A stretch of 64,000 nucleotides of DNA from Octopus sinensis (taxonomy: Eukaryota), in the NCBI RefSeq assembly GCF_006345805.1, contig NC_043005.1:43400001-43464000 (forward strand). The letters are read 5' to 3'. Position 1 is the first letter of the stretch; every line of letters begins with the position of its first letter. The position numbers were made by a program, and so were the translations under genes. Shown piece by piece: positions 14,933 to 29,125 of this stretch. Under the pieces are notes generated by a model. The model did not search any database. It had not been told where the DNA came from and worked only from the letters and a program-made list of their open reading frames with translations.

Positions 14933-16250
14933 TATATATGTATATATATATGTGTGTGTGTGTATATATATATAGACAGACACACGTATATATATTATAT
15001 TATATTATATTGACATTTGTTTTTTATGTTCATTGTAATAAAAATAATTTTACATTAATCTGTTGGGTTACTCTATACTTCTATAGGGCATAAATTTATT
15101 ATTCTTATAGAAGAAAATTATTGACAGTGATGTCAAAGCTTGAGCCTTTTAAGCCATCTCAACAACAACTTAACATGCCAAAACTTTGAAGTTACTGTCA
15201 AAAATATTCTTGTGTAAGAATGATATATATAAACCTTCAGAACAGCTTACAATGTAATGTTATCTGACTGCTTCACTGGACTTCTCATGTGGCCACATGG
15301 CTGGCTGAAAATAGTAGCAAAATTTCTCACCAAAACACATACATGACCATTTCAAAAATTGGAAAGATATTGTATAATGCAATCTCAATAAGCACTGTAT
15401 CTGAAAATTTGACGAAATGGTCTTTGACTAAATGGTCTCTGATCATAGAGGTCTGCTAGATCAAGGCTTAACTTGGAATTAAACAGGAATAGTGACCTAC
15501 AAAGTATTTAATGATATACTATTTAATCAAAGTCGTACCTCACTCTATATTGTCGCACGTTGACATGAAAATAATTCCTGATCTTCAAGCAGTAAACATC
15601 AGTTGGTGTGTGTGTGTATGTGTGTGCATAGTAGTGTTGTTTAAGGCAGGGAACCATAACTACATGAGGCAGTTAAAAGAATTGTTCTTCCACTGGAAGA
15701 AGAGGGCCGCTACAACCCACAGTGGAATAAGGAGATTATGATTGGTCTGATGAGTTATTATATTGTTTTAAAGTATTTATTTGATAGTTTCAAATAAAAC
15801 AGAAAGAGATAAGGAGCGAAAGAGAAGTGGGCAAGGAAAATCGACTGAAGACAGATAGTGTTTTCTATGCCATTTCCATATAAGGTTGAACTGGTATGTT
15901 TTGTAGGGAAAACTTCATTGAAACCAACGATAAAGTCAAATGTACCATTTAGAACTATCTGCTTCAATGGTCGCTGTATAAAATATATCATCTGACCCCT
16001 TAAGGTCACCATGCATGCTCACACACTCTTGCAGCTATCATGTAATCACCCAACATTCTCATCACTCATTTGCACCTATCTTGCTATGTATCTGTTGTAG
16101 CTCCATCTCTGTTTCTTCAAAGTTACAAATCTTGGTTATTCTTAAGCTGGTATTGACTAAAGGCACTTCTTTTCAATTTCGCTTGTAGTCAGTTCTGTTT
16201 CTAAGTTAATATTCCTCCCTTTACTATTTGTGGTTATGTCAGCTCTTTAA

Positions 16251-16471
16251 CTCTCTAGCATTCAGGTTATTCTGTCAAATGTTATGGTTATTTATTCACA
16301 CTGTTTTGAATTAATCATGCATTATCTCAAAGCTTTAAGATTTTGATGAGGTAACTTTTAATTTTTAGAATGATATTATATGATTGGTGTGAGAGCCCAC
16401 ATTTGGCTAGTTTGTGCATAAAAGCAGGTAGAATATTTTGACTAGATATGGCCAGTTCAAATGCTAAGCGG
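16251..16471. mobile_element. piggyBac-like MITE (decayed copy)
   Basis: TTAA on both flanks; internal sequence similar to 46689-46907. Confidence 0.7.
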
Positions 16472-17399
16472 TTAAAAACTAATACTGATAATTCTACTAC
16501 CAAACAATACTACTTCATGATAAATGAACCACTGAGGAAGCTTCTACATAGTTGGTCAAGCATCATTGTCATTTAATTATTTTCCATGTCACCATGGCTT
16601 GAACAGGTCTGAATCAATTCTTCTTTGGAGAATACACAGATCAAAAGTCATATCCTGTCTATTATGTCTTATTTTAAGCATGCTTGCTACTGTTGGATGT
16701 TCTTCTTATGTTAGTCACTTTACAGGGGGTATCTTTTAATGACACCTCACAAGAGAGACTTGCATCTTCGGCAGGACTAAAATGTTCCCTTCCCTGTGTA
16801 GTCTCTGTTCATTGTTCAATAATTTTACAAATAATGTCCTAATCCTGCTTGGCGACACCTCCACCATTTTATATTTTTAATGATATATATAAATATATAT
16901 ATGTTTGTGTGCATGTATGTATATATGTGTGCATATATATATATATGCATGTATATATATGCATGTATATATATATATGCATGTATGTATATTCATATAT
17001 ATGTATTTTTATAATATACATACATTAACATAAGCATATGTGTGAGTGTGTCAATTTATTCTCTATTGGCAAGAGATGAATGAGGCTGATTGTGTTGATT
17101 TGCAAAGAAAAATCAGATTCTGTTTCTGAGATTTGTCTGTCCCCCACCAAAAGATTAAAAGAAAAAAGGGAGAGTGCTTAAGATAAATTGGTCTTAAATA
17201 GTCCCTAAAAAAGAAAAGCATGGATGGTGATGGCTGGCATGCAATTACTTCTAATCAATAACTATTTATGATCTAATGATATTTTCAAAGGAAAAAAAAA
17301 TATCTATGTTCTACAACGTACTTAAATCAAAAGATCTCTCATATTTAATAAACATCTGAATTGATATAAGTATGTGCAGTATGTACATATATATATCAC

Positions 17400-17570
17400 A
17401 GACATGGCTGTGTGGTTAGGAGTTTACACGTCATCTGTATTGTTCCAGGTTCAATCCCTCTGCACACAACTTTAAGTAAGTGTCTACAAGATTTTGGATT
17501 GACCAATAGGTTGGGAATGGAATTTGGTCAGCAAAAATTATGCTGAAGCCCATCATTTGTTTAAAAATAT
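17400..17570 (+). mobile_element. Decayed SINE family A, 5' half
   Basis: catggctgtgtggtta...ggttcaatccc (A/B-box-like) followed by gtaagtgtct. Confidence 0.6.
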
Positions 17571-18034
17571 ATGTTTAATGTCTGTGATTTAGGTTACTTA
17601 TAGAAATCAGTAAAATAGTTCTGGACTGCTAAGTATTACGGTCTATCTGATCTGCAAAAGCTAAATGATGACAGTGTCATAATGAATGAATTAAATAATA
17701 TATAAAAATAAATATCTATACACACTCACTCATATATATATATATATAGAGAGAGAGAGAGGGGAGAGATAGAGTGTGTGTTTGTGTGAATCATCATCAT
17801 TTAACATCTGTTGTCCATGCTGCCATATGTATGTATATATATATATATATATATGTATCATATTATTCATATATATATATATAATACTTGTGTGTATATA
17901 TATAAATTATGTGTGTGTGTATATATATCATCATGGATTCTCCCATCATTAGACAATGTATGAGAGTTCGGCAATTTCTTGCTGAAAAACAACACAAATT
18001 ATTTGTTTATTGTGATCAAATGTTTGTGTACACA

Positions 18035-18222
18035 TAAGCTCACTCCCTTCATCAAATCGACATTACCTGTACAGGTGCTTCCTGTGTCACATCATACAAG
18101 GAAATGATTGCAGAGCAACATGAAATGAAGTATTTTGCTCAAGAACACAACATAATGCCCAATCTAGGAATCGAACCCACAACCTCACAACTGTGAGTGC
18201 AACACCCTAACCACTAAACCAT
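18035..18222 (-). mobile_element. Decayed tRNA-type SINE (family D)
   Basis: Minus strand reads ggtttagtggttagggtg...gggttcgattcctag...ttgagcaaaatacttcatttca; similar to 50620-50785. Confidence 0.65.
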
Positions 18223-18756
18223 ATATATTTATTTATTTATTTAACCACTTGTCATCCTTAGAATTACTGCCACTAGACAAGTTTTGTGATAGTTACACAG
18301 TTCTATGATTCCATAAATTACTCTCTCTATATATATATGTATGCACATACACAGTCTTTGATAAAGATTTTAAAGATAGGGAACCTGTGTAATAGACTGA
18401 AATATTTACTTGTAAATATTTTATTGACTTTAGGTTAAGCACAATTGAAAGTTGGTAGTAACCATCTAGATTGAGTGCACCTGTTTCAAGTATTCTAATC
18501 AACTATCTGTATTCTATCACCTGCCCTTCAGTGTTCAATATAATTAACTATTACATAAATGTTTAAGGACTAATGCTATCAATCACTCACTAATTATCAA
18601 ATTAATTGTTAAACACATTAAATATACTTCTAGAGAAATGCAATATTACATTAATCAGTTTTCCACACATTTTATGGCAGCCTTCCAGATCATTGCAAAG
18701 TCAGTGATTTTAAAGGAAATATGAAGCACACAGCATATGATGTATAAATTAAATTG

Positions 18757-18759
<3 letters not shown>

Positions 18760-18803
<44 letters not shown>

Positions 18804-18912
18804 GACTTATATGTATATACATATACAAATGTATATATAAATGAATATAATATAAATGAGATATATATACATACATATATATATATATACATTCATACAT
18901 CACATACGTATA

Positions 18913-18953
<41 letters not shown>

Positions 18954-19125
18954 TCATATACACACATAGATATATATGCATATACTATCTATATCATATA
19001 TATTCTATTTATACTTGTGTAAATTAATTATATGTGTCTATGAATATTCATTAATATATATTGTGTGTATGTATGTATATTTATATATATATATATATAT
19101 ACATACACACACACATTAATCCAAT
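18760..19125. repeat. (AT)n microsatellite cluster
   Basis: Direct reading of the repeat. Confidence 0.9.
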
Positions 19126-19194
19126 AGCTAAAACAAGTAAAAGGTGAAATATATTTATATATATATACATACATGCATACATATATGTGTGTGT

Positions 19195-19545
19195 GTGTCT
19201 TTTAGCTCTATACTTGTTTTAGTCATTGGACTACAGCCATATTTTGGCAGTACCTTGGTACTTATTCTATTCTTCTCTTTTACCAAAATCGCTAAGTTAT
19301 GCGTATGTAGCTAACCTAACATTTGTTGCCAAGTGGTAGTAGGAAGACGAAGCTTGAATGAATGATATACACACATAGATACGTATTCAGTGGGTTTTTA
19401 CACAGTTTTTAGCTAATTAGATTTACTCACGAAGTACCAGTCAGTCTGGGGTTATAGGAAAAGACACTTTCCCAATGTACTCTGCAGTAGGACTGAACCT
19501 GAAACCATATATCTATAAAGTGAGCTTCCTAGCAACACATGGCTA
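19195..19545 (-). mobile_element. Decayed near full-length SINE family A
   Basis: Colinear with the reverse complement of 51699-52088 (cttgttttagtcattggactacagccat ... ggactgaacctgaaaccat). Confidence 0.7.
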
Positions 19546-19904
19546 TAAGTACAGGCATTGCTTCAATTAGGTTCTTAATCATAAGGCATTGATTTCAATT
19601 CCCAGTGAAAGGAATTGGACAAGGTACTTTACTTTATGTTGGTGCAGTCAATGAGCAAGTAAAAAATGGGTTTTAAGACTCATAGAGCACTTTGTTGGTG
19701 CCAAGATAGCATGGCACCAATGTTTTCATGGTAAGGCATTGGTTCATAGATTTCAGACTAGATATCAACCAATCAATCCCAGAAATCATCTCATAGTTAT
19801 AGACACTGTCCCTCTTACCCTAACCACACACACACACTCTCTCTCTTTCTCCCCCCCCTCTCTATATATATGTATGTCTATATACATAAATGTATATATA
19901 TATA

Positions 19905-20212
19905 TAATAACGAAACTAGACAGATGAGTGACAGCCTGGCCACTGGTGGTGGTGTAACACACCATACTAATCATATCTGTCAGGCATGTGGAAGAGAGTG
20001 TAATTCGGCAGGAGGACTTAAACGACATGCAAAGGTACATGAAGCCCAGTTACAACTACAGCCAGCTATTACCAGTAAAGGTCTTAGTTGCCAATTTTGT
20101 ACAAGACTTTGTAGATCTTTAGCTGGGCTAAAAAGTCACATTCGATCACAGCACCAGTAACAGTGAAGCTTCGTGCAATAGCCATACTCGATAACGAGGG
20201 GGCAACCATAAT
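19905..20212 (+). mobile_element. 5'-truncated RTE-like LINE 3' end encoding two C2H2 zinc fingers
   Basis: CQACGRECNSAGGLKRHAKVH and CQFCTRLCRSLAGLKSHIRSQH, then stop at 20160 and a short 3' UTR; the CxxC-R-C-S-xxGLxxH pattern is typical of RTE ORF2 C-termini. Confidence 0.65.
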
Positions 20213-20489
20213 ATATAATATAGATAGATTTATACATTGTGCAGAGTATCTTGTAATTTGTTTAATATTTGTTTCTTCCTTACTAGCATTTGTTGGATAA
20301 AAATATATCTCAGGCAGAATTTTATGACTGGATGCTCTTCCTGTTGCCCCAGTATCTACCTATCTTTCATGAGAGGGATTTCTTAATCTTCAGGCCTCTG
20401 AAAGCAGAGTGACTGGTCAGTTGTAATGTCAGCAAAATATGCAAACACAACACTCTTTCACTCAAGTGAAACCATAGAATATCAGCATT

Positions 20490-20625
20490 CATAGACACAA
20501 TGAGTTTCTTACAGTTCATGTCCCTGAAATTCACTCACAAGTCTTTGGTCAGCCCAAGGTTATTGTAGAAGACACTTGCTAAAGAACCCTCACACTGGAG
20601 CCTGAACCAGAGACCACTTAACTGT
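20490..20625 (-). mobile_element. SINE family A fragment
   Basis: aaattcactcacaagtctttggtcagcccaagg...gtagaagacacttgc. Confidence 0.65.
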
Positions 20626-20674
20626 TAAACTTCTAAGCTACATAGTCGTGTCTCTCTCTCTTTCACTCCCACCA

Positions 20675-20767
20675 TATATATGTGTGTGTGTATGTATATG
20701 AATATGTGTATATATTTGTATATGAGTATGTATATATATATTATATATATACATACTCATATATGTA

Positions 20768-20808
<41 letters not shown>

Positions 20809-20843
20809 GTATATATATATGTATGTGTATATATATGTATGTA

Positions 20844-20891
<48 letters not shown>

Positions 20892-20900
20892 TATTTATAT
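20675..20900. repeat. (AT)n/(GT)n microsatellite
   Basis: Direct reading of the repeat. Confidence 0.9.
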
Positions 20901-21162
20901 GTAAATGAGAATGCTGATGCCTGTTATGAAATTATTCCCCCAATATTTCCAGTCCTTTAAATAGGAAGAGAGCTAAAAGACTACAATTTCAACTTTTATA
21001 TTATCTTGGGATTGTGCTGAAGTTGTCGTTAATATATGTTCTAGTATATACATTATATAATGGCATTTTCTCTTCTAAATTTCAGTGTGTGTATGTATGA
21101 GAGTATTTTGATAATCTTTCAAATTACAACCTAATTAACACATCAGAATAAAATTTAATCAA

Positions 21163-21383
21163 CCCATTTAGCATTCGGATTATTCTACCAAATCTAATAC
21201 TTATTTATTCACATTGTTTCGAATTGACCATGTACTATCTTATAGTTTTAAGATTTCAATGATGTGATTGCTCAGTTTTAGGATGACATTGTAGGGTAGA
21301 TGTGAGAAGCTGGATCTGTCCAGTTTGAATGTAAAGCAGACAGAATGTTTTGGCCTAATATGGCTAGTTTAAATTCTAAGGGG
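21163..21383. mobile_element. piggyBac-like MITE
   Basis: CCCATTTAG...CTAAGGGG ends, TCAA/TTAA flanks, similar to 46689-46907. Confidence 0.75.
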
Positions 21384-22029
21384 TTAAATGCAGATATCAG
21401 GAATTCCCATCATTTAACAACTTTCTTGCCATTTTTAAACATTGATTTGCAATCTTTAATAACATATTTATATTACTATATATTTTAATGTAGCTTATTA
21501 AGATAGTATTCATGTCCGAATGGATTGTGTAACATAAGCTGGAAGTTTAGCAGTACATCATATTCTGTGATTGTGTTGTTATTACCATACTCCAAATGAC
21601 CATACTACCAAATGACTTAATCCATCTGTCAGTAAAATGGTAACAACTCACCACATAAGCAGTTGTAGAGTAGTATAATTCACAAGTGATTTGTTAGCTT
21701 GCAGCACTGATTTGAAATTTTTTTTTGTGAATATCGAGAAATCATTCCTGTACTCAGTCTCAGATCTCAATCCTCCAACTCTCTTCATCTGCCTTGATAT
21801 TGGTCTTGGATTCTTGTTCTGATTACAGGCTACATATAACGGCAGGTGTGCAACAATAGCTCAGATGACATAAGCATTTACTATCAAGTTGGCACCTTCT
21901 TTAGCTATGAGAAGCTGCTACTACTGGTATATATATATATATAGTGTGAGTGTGTGTATGCACGTATGTATGTATGTAAATATATCAATGAGTGCTATCT
22001 GGTCTAAATGGTATGAGGTATTTGTAGTG

Positions 22030-22230
22030 TCATCATCATCATCATCATCTGCTTTCCCTGCTGGCATGGGTTGAATGGGTCCTCTCAGTTCTTATTCAGA
22101 ATTATTGTCCTCCTACATGGGTCAGGGGATTACATTTCGCTTGAACATTCCATTTTTTTTTTTTGCATGATTTCTATGGCTGTATGTTTTTTCTGACACC
22201 ATCCTCTTTAAAGAGTGCACTAAGTGCATT
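22030..22230 (-). mobile_element. Decayed RTE 3'-end fragment with (TGA)n tail
   Basis: Minus strand caacccatgccagcagggaaagcagatgatgatgat matches the RTE terminus at 42120-42176. Confidence 0.65.
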
Positions 22231-24961
22231 TTATCATGGCACTAGTACTAGAGAGAAATTGTCATGTCTTTCACGGGACAAGACTTCAAGGTTCCTCTTG
22301 AGTTCACATTTCCAGTCATTTGTCCCCCACTTTAACAAAGTATTATTGGTACATTTTATTGTAGCACCAGCACTAGTGAGGTTGGTTGTCTTGTACTGCA
22401 AGACAAAAATCTTCTCCCTACTCTGTGTTATCTCCATGTTATTTGTTGATGAAATATCATCTTTGAGTTTGCAAAATGGGAAACCCTTGTATTTGTGATA
22501 TAGGAAAATATGCAAAGTAAACTTTCCCTTGCAATATATTATCATTTGATAATATTTATCGTTTGATCTTATTTCGAAGAGAAAGCCAAGGATTAAGATT
22601 GTGTAAAAATTTAACTGAAGTGAACTGGAGTTTACATGTGCTGTGACATGTTATTTCGTTTCTGTCATGATTCTGATAGCAGTAGAGGTATTGCTACTAT
22701 TATTATACATCATCACCATATCATATTATCTATCATCTCTCTAACTGAAGCTTGCCAATTTTAAATTTCAATTTTGAATTAAAAAAAAAAAATCAAAATT
22801 CCTGATTTGTGATATAGATTTGAAACCTAAAATTCTTGGAACTGGTTCTTACTATGTCTTGACACCAGAGTAAAGCGACAACTTAACTTTGTTTTCAGCA
22901 ATATAGCTTCTCTATAATCTTTCAACTAGTTCAATCTAGCAACATCTTGGCTATCTTTAAACGAAAATTTTTGTTATTTTAAATCGCAATTAATGTATGA
23001 TTGCCATGGCTGGAATGCTGTTCTTATGATTTACATGCCTGCTCAGCTAACTGATATGGCTAACGTTTGTTTTATTGAACCTGCTGGTTGTTTTCAAGCA
23101 TTCAGTTGTGATATAGATGAATCTGTTTAAGCTATGATCAGAACTACTCAACAACAACAACAACAACATGAAAGGTCTGAAAATATAATTTACTGACTAC
23201 TCTTAGGTTTTCATTACTGTTACAAGGTTGGAAATGAAACCACTTCTTTAATTATAAGTTTAAACATTTCATCTGTTTGAACTTGAAAAGATAGCTAATG
23301 TGACATTAGATAGGAAAGAAATTAGATGAAAAAAAAATAGGAAAAAAAATGTACACTATTTCATGGTCTCTGAGAGGTGCAACATCAATTATAATTCAAT
23401 AATTGAAAAGTTTAAAGTTAAACAAAACGGAAAAAAAAAATGCATTTCAGTGAAATAAGATCCACTTTAAACCTAACATATTTTATAAAGACGTGAAGTT
23501 TCAAAAGTTAAATTTCTCATTTTGAGTCATTAAAGATCTGATCTGAAGGTAAAGGTTGTTAAAAGAAAGTCAATAAAGTTGAAAGTATTTAGGTTTCTCA
23601 CTCAAATAGAAAAAGATACTGATTTTATGTTTTTAATTTTTTTAAATTTATCTCTTCATTAAGAGCTTTGATGTTTCTAAAACTACGGCTGTTTACATAA
23701 ACTTCTATTATAGGTAATAACTAGATGTCCTTTGAAACACTTGTTGATGTTAGTTATTGCTTAATATAGTAGAATGAAGCTGAGTAATGTTTCATCAACC
23801 AGCGCTGTATAAAGTAATATCAATGGTGTGATTTGAAACCATGGTTTATGGCAGTTTTCTAATGGTTTAAACCACCCAGCCATTACATTCTTGGTTTTAA
23901 ACTATTACGACTACTTTTATCATAAACAAACAAAAACAAAGTTTGTGATTTAATCCTTTAAGTACATCAGACCATTGTTTACATGAAAAAATCTTCCTAA
24001 ACAATTTTCTTGCCTTGCCTTTGGGGTAAAACAGCTTGTTTCAAAGTAGATTTTAGTTCAAATTTAAATCTGCTTGCAGTATAGCAATTTGCATGCTTAA
24101 CACACTAAAGCTGTATCCCTAAATGAAATTTTTTCAGGAAATAATGATGTAACCCTTTAGCAGGTTTCCAGTTGAACAACATAAAAATAAAGATATATAT
24201 ATATATTAAACATATCCAGAGGAAAGTTTTCTATTTATTTCCATCATTCTCAATCTTAATTTTAATAAGGCAAGCTTGGATGAAGAATTATGATATGTTG
24301 CAAAATATGTACAACTCTCAAAAATTGTTATATCAGTTATGGATTACTCTATGATTTCCAAAAGGTAATTTCATTCCTTAATACTGCATATATCTATAGG
24401 AATATATAAATGTTTGTTTATTTATTTATTAATATTTCTTTGTCCTACTGAGTAGAGAATATTCTTACATTTTCTTCATCTCTCTATAAAAGATTTGAAT
24501 CCTTGCATGGGAAATCAGTCTTACAATGCTGAATGTAGTAAAAGTATCTGTTTTTACCAAGCATAGTAAAGTACCTTGCCTAAGGATACATTTTACTACT
24601 GGCTCTTTTAATGTCAAGATGTCTTTTGGCTTATAATCACCACTATTTATTTAACCACAGGACAGTGTTAGAATTTCTTCATGTTTCCTTATGTGATATA
24701 ATATATTTTTAACATGTTTTAATGTAAATATGTGTGTGTTTTGGATATGTTAATTCCTAGTCTGGCATTTAAAGTTTTTAACTTTAAAATTTTATGTTAC
24801 CTTCACTTCTTTTTACCATTTCTGTGTTTATTTATCTTTTGTGTTTGTTTTACCAATTCCTTCTGGGGCATGGTGTCTTTATTAATTCAGCTTTATTTCT
24901 CTGTTTCAAAATTGTCTTTTAGCTACACATTTGTTTGATTTAAAAGTGGTCTCTCCCCCTC

Positions 24962-25043
<82 letters not shown>

Positions 25044-28000
25044 AAGTAACAAACTAAGGAAAATAATTCCTTCAAAGGGGTGTGTAAGACATCCCATTCA
25101 CTGGTACATCAGTTGAATACTATATATGTATGTATATGTGTGTTTGTGCTTTTAGACTATATTTGTCTATAGACATATGTCTATTTAAACTAACACATGC
25201 ATATTCTTCCAATATTCTCTCTATTTTAAAACTGGTATATGTGTATTTAAAATTCTTTTCCCTCTCTATGTCTTAAAACGTTACCGTATAAATTCTAAGA
25301 TCAACACCTCTCTATATTCTATTTACAATAGATTCAGATTTCAATGTCATTTTATGTTTCTCAATTTATTTATTGAACTCCATTCCAGGTAGCTTTATTT
25401 TTATTTAAACTGTTTTTACTTCATATCTCTATTACATATTGATTACTCAGAATATTTCTGCTGAAGAGTTCCTCTTGCAGACACTGCATATCTTTAACTC
25501 TGCCCAGATGTTTAATTGATCTCACCTTACACAAATGTTTATTCCTTAGCTTTTTATATACTGCATGAATTGTGCAGTTCTGCAAATTCAGTTAATTTAC
25601 ATGAGATTAATGTGCAATAAAATACCCACTCACACATTATAAAGTACTATACTATATTGGGAAGTTAGTCGTGTGGCTTTTCTAAGAACAAAACTCCATT
25701 CAGTAAGGCTTGGGATAGAATTCACTATTGAAATAAGTATCACCAAATCATTTGATCTTTTCCTTACTGAATCATATTATCCTTAATAGAAAACCGTTCT
25801 TCTATCGTTAGTTTATTTACATATCCTTTGGTCGTGTTCTACTCTGAAACAAACCTGTTATGAAAAGTACTACTGACAGTGAGTTTCCTGGGAATATACA
25901 TTTACTAATGCTTACTTTATTCATGTTAAAGCTCAGTATTGTTGTTAATAAGAGACTTTCTTGATGCATCTAATGATATTCTGACAGATATTAACAAAAT
26001 TCCCATTTCCTGAGAATACTGCCATTCCATTGAATCATAAGCTTTTCTATAGCCAATGTAAATCATTTTCACATTTTATCTGCTTGGTTCTATCTGTTAG
26101 AAGCAGATGTTTGGACCTTTCTATGTAATTTTGGTCCTATTATTTCTGTAATTCTTGTTGTTGCAGACAATCTTTTCATTCAGTATTAATAAGTTAGTTT
26201 CCATTACCAATTTGTAATGTGTAAGCCATGGAACTTGACCAAATCAGCTCTGTTTCTGTTTGTATAACAACTAGTGTAGGATCTTCAAATCCATCTATTT
26301 TTTCCTGGCTGCAAGGACTACTTACAGCAGCTCATTTAATGTACAACAACCTCTAGGCTTTGTTATTTATAATTACATGGCAAGATTTAATTTGTTTGCT
26401 TGTCATTCACTAATAATGGATAATTGTCAGAAACATATCCATTTCTATAAAATCAGTTGGTTATATTATTCGTTCGATGAAGGAATAAAATTCTTTAAAC
26501 TACAGATTAAAGTCACTGTTATATCAATTTTAATAGAGTATTTTTTAAAATTAGGATACTTTCCAGTTTGTTCTGGTTCTTTGTGGTCCAAGTTAAAATT
26601 CCAGCTCCTCATGGTGTTCACTTCTCTGAGAGTCCAGCTGGGATGATGGCTCATGTTAGTCAGCCACATGCCACATGGTCATGGTGGATGAAGAAGTATT
26701 TTGGGATATTGGTCAGAGAGTTATCTGGAACAACCCAATTAAATACCAACAAATGGTGGATTCAGCAATACATTACAGTGATACATGGTCCCATACCTGG
26801 CCTAACCTGATGGTAGGAATCAGGATCTGCATGATCTGGGTAACAATGATTGGACTCCAGAGTCAGGCAGTAACATGTTGATTCAAGCAACACTTTTGGT
26901 GCATCAATCGGATCTGCACACCTTGTATTGAAACAGGATATATTTTAGAACAAGAAAGTCTATTACATATCACCATGATAATTTGACATTTGAACTGAGT
27001 CAGTGCCACACTAGGACAGGCAATTTCCAGTTTTAATTATAATATTTTAGTATTCTAAGTTCATATTCCCCTTGGATCAACTCTACCATTACTGCTTGTA
27101 TTCTTGACATTGAGCTGCCCATTAAAAGCACCGTTATCTAAGAGTTAAATAGGGCAGTGGTTTGGTAGAATCGTTAGAGCAATGGGGAAAATGCCTTGTA
27201 TTATCATCAAATCATACTGAGAAGAAGTTCTCATTTCATTCTTTCAGCGTCAATAAAATAGAGTACCATTGAAGTACTAGATTTGATATATCCAGCTGAA
27301 GTACAGGATTTGATATACTCAATTTCTGGACATGTACCAATAGTAGAAACAATTATTTGAGAATGAAAGGCATTGAGGTTCAAACTTCATTATAGAGGCA
27401 CATATTGTGGGGCAAATATTGACATTAAACTTTAAGTAAACTTTAAGTGAATCATTTAACATCTTCAAAGCTTTGCACTAAATTCAAATAAAAGTTTTTA
27501 TCAATTTAGAAATTCCTTTTAAATTTATGTTTGTAGTATATCTTGCCAAGCATTTATTTAGTGGTAGCAGCAGATTGTCCACTGTGGTACTTTGAGGATA
27601 ATGAAATGGTAGATTAACTAAAACACATTTTGTTTCCTCTATGTTCAAGCCCCACCATTACTTTTATCATCCCAAAGTCAATAAAATAAACATGAAGTAC
27701 CCACTGGAAATAAATCATTCAACTTCTCTATCTCTCTCTCTTTTCTTGAACAAAATTGTAAATATCACCACTTAACTAATTCAAATTCATGACTTTGACT
27801 CATTTGAGTTATTTCCCTTAGCTCATTTTTTACATTCATTTACTGGATATATGGATATATTACCAGTATATTCATTTGCATTTGCTCCAAGAATATGAAG
27901 TAAATCTTGGAGGTAAACTAACTTTTGAATAATGTGTTTTAACTAAATTTCAGCGGCATTGCATTTCCTTTACACATCAGTCTGGCCTCGAGACAGCACA

Positions 28001-28785
28001 ACAATCTTCATTTTAATGGCATTCCACTAAATCTCTTCCTTTCCATATTCTGGTCCCAGTTAGTAATTCTAATATGAAATTTATTCATTATACTGCATTA
28101 TTACATCATACAGGGAATTATCTTTCAAAGGTAAATACTATTGATAGAAACTCGACAAGAGAATGTACTCTTTGACTTATTGCCGATATTTCACACTACC
28201 TCTAATGCTACCTGACACAAGGAATAAAATTCAGCAAGCATGATTGTGCAGTGAAATATATAAAATTACATATTCTACTAGCTTCCATCATTCTGCATTT
28301 GCTATCCCTGGAACAAATTTTGCCACTTTAGCATCCTTTATATCAACATTATTCAGCGCTTCTTGTGATTTCTAGTGCAAATTTGCATAGCACTGCTCTA
28401 TTGGTTTAGCTTTTATGACAGTACCGTTCTCTTACATTTCACTGTTAACATGCATGGATACACTTTGGCATCGGCGTAGTTCTAGGAAAGTAGTAATGGT
28501 TATTTGAATACTGCGTTCACGAGAAACTGTTACACATTGTTACACTAAATGAACTTTGGGAATATATTCTGGAATATGTTTATTTAAATTATTTTTCAAT
28601 GTGCTAAGCATTTCATATTACTTGCATTGTGACTGAATGACAGAGAGAGATTTGAATGTTTTTGTTTCAGAGCTATAGTGTTAGTTGTATACGTATATTT
28701 GTGTATGTGCGTGTGCACACACACATACATATATATGCATCATACATACATACACAAATATAAACACACAACTAAGCCTCTGTGC

Positions 28786-28834
<49 letters not shown>

Positions 28835-29091
28835 CACAGAGGTCTAGTTGTGTGTAACATGATACACTGATATATATATATATATACACATACACTTGCG
28901 TGTGTAATATGGTTTACATATATATGCTATTGAGGTGGCATCTTAGCAGTGTATGAGTCACAAAGTTTAAGTATTTTTATATTGTAGCATGCAAACTATC
29001 TTCTGAATGTCTTTGTAAAAGCACAGCTGCAATCTCTCTCTTGAAAGGCACATCCATATACATACAATTACACATATCTATATGCATATGC

Positions 29092-29125
<34 letters not shown>

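Noticed and set aside
22234-22545. 103-aa minus ORF and 111-aa plus ORF
   Set aside because: They overlap or adjoin a decayed RTE 3' fragment and contain no recognisable domain
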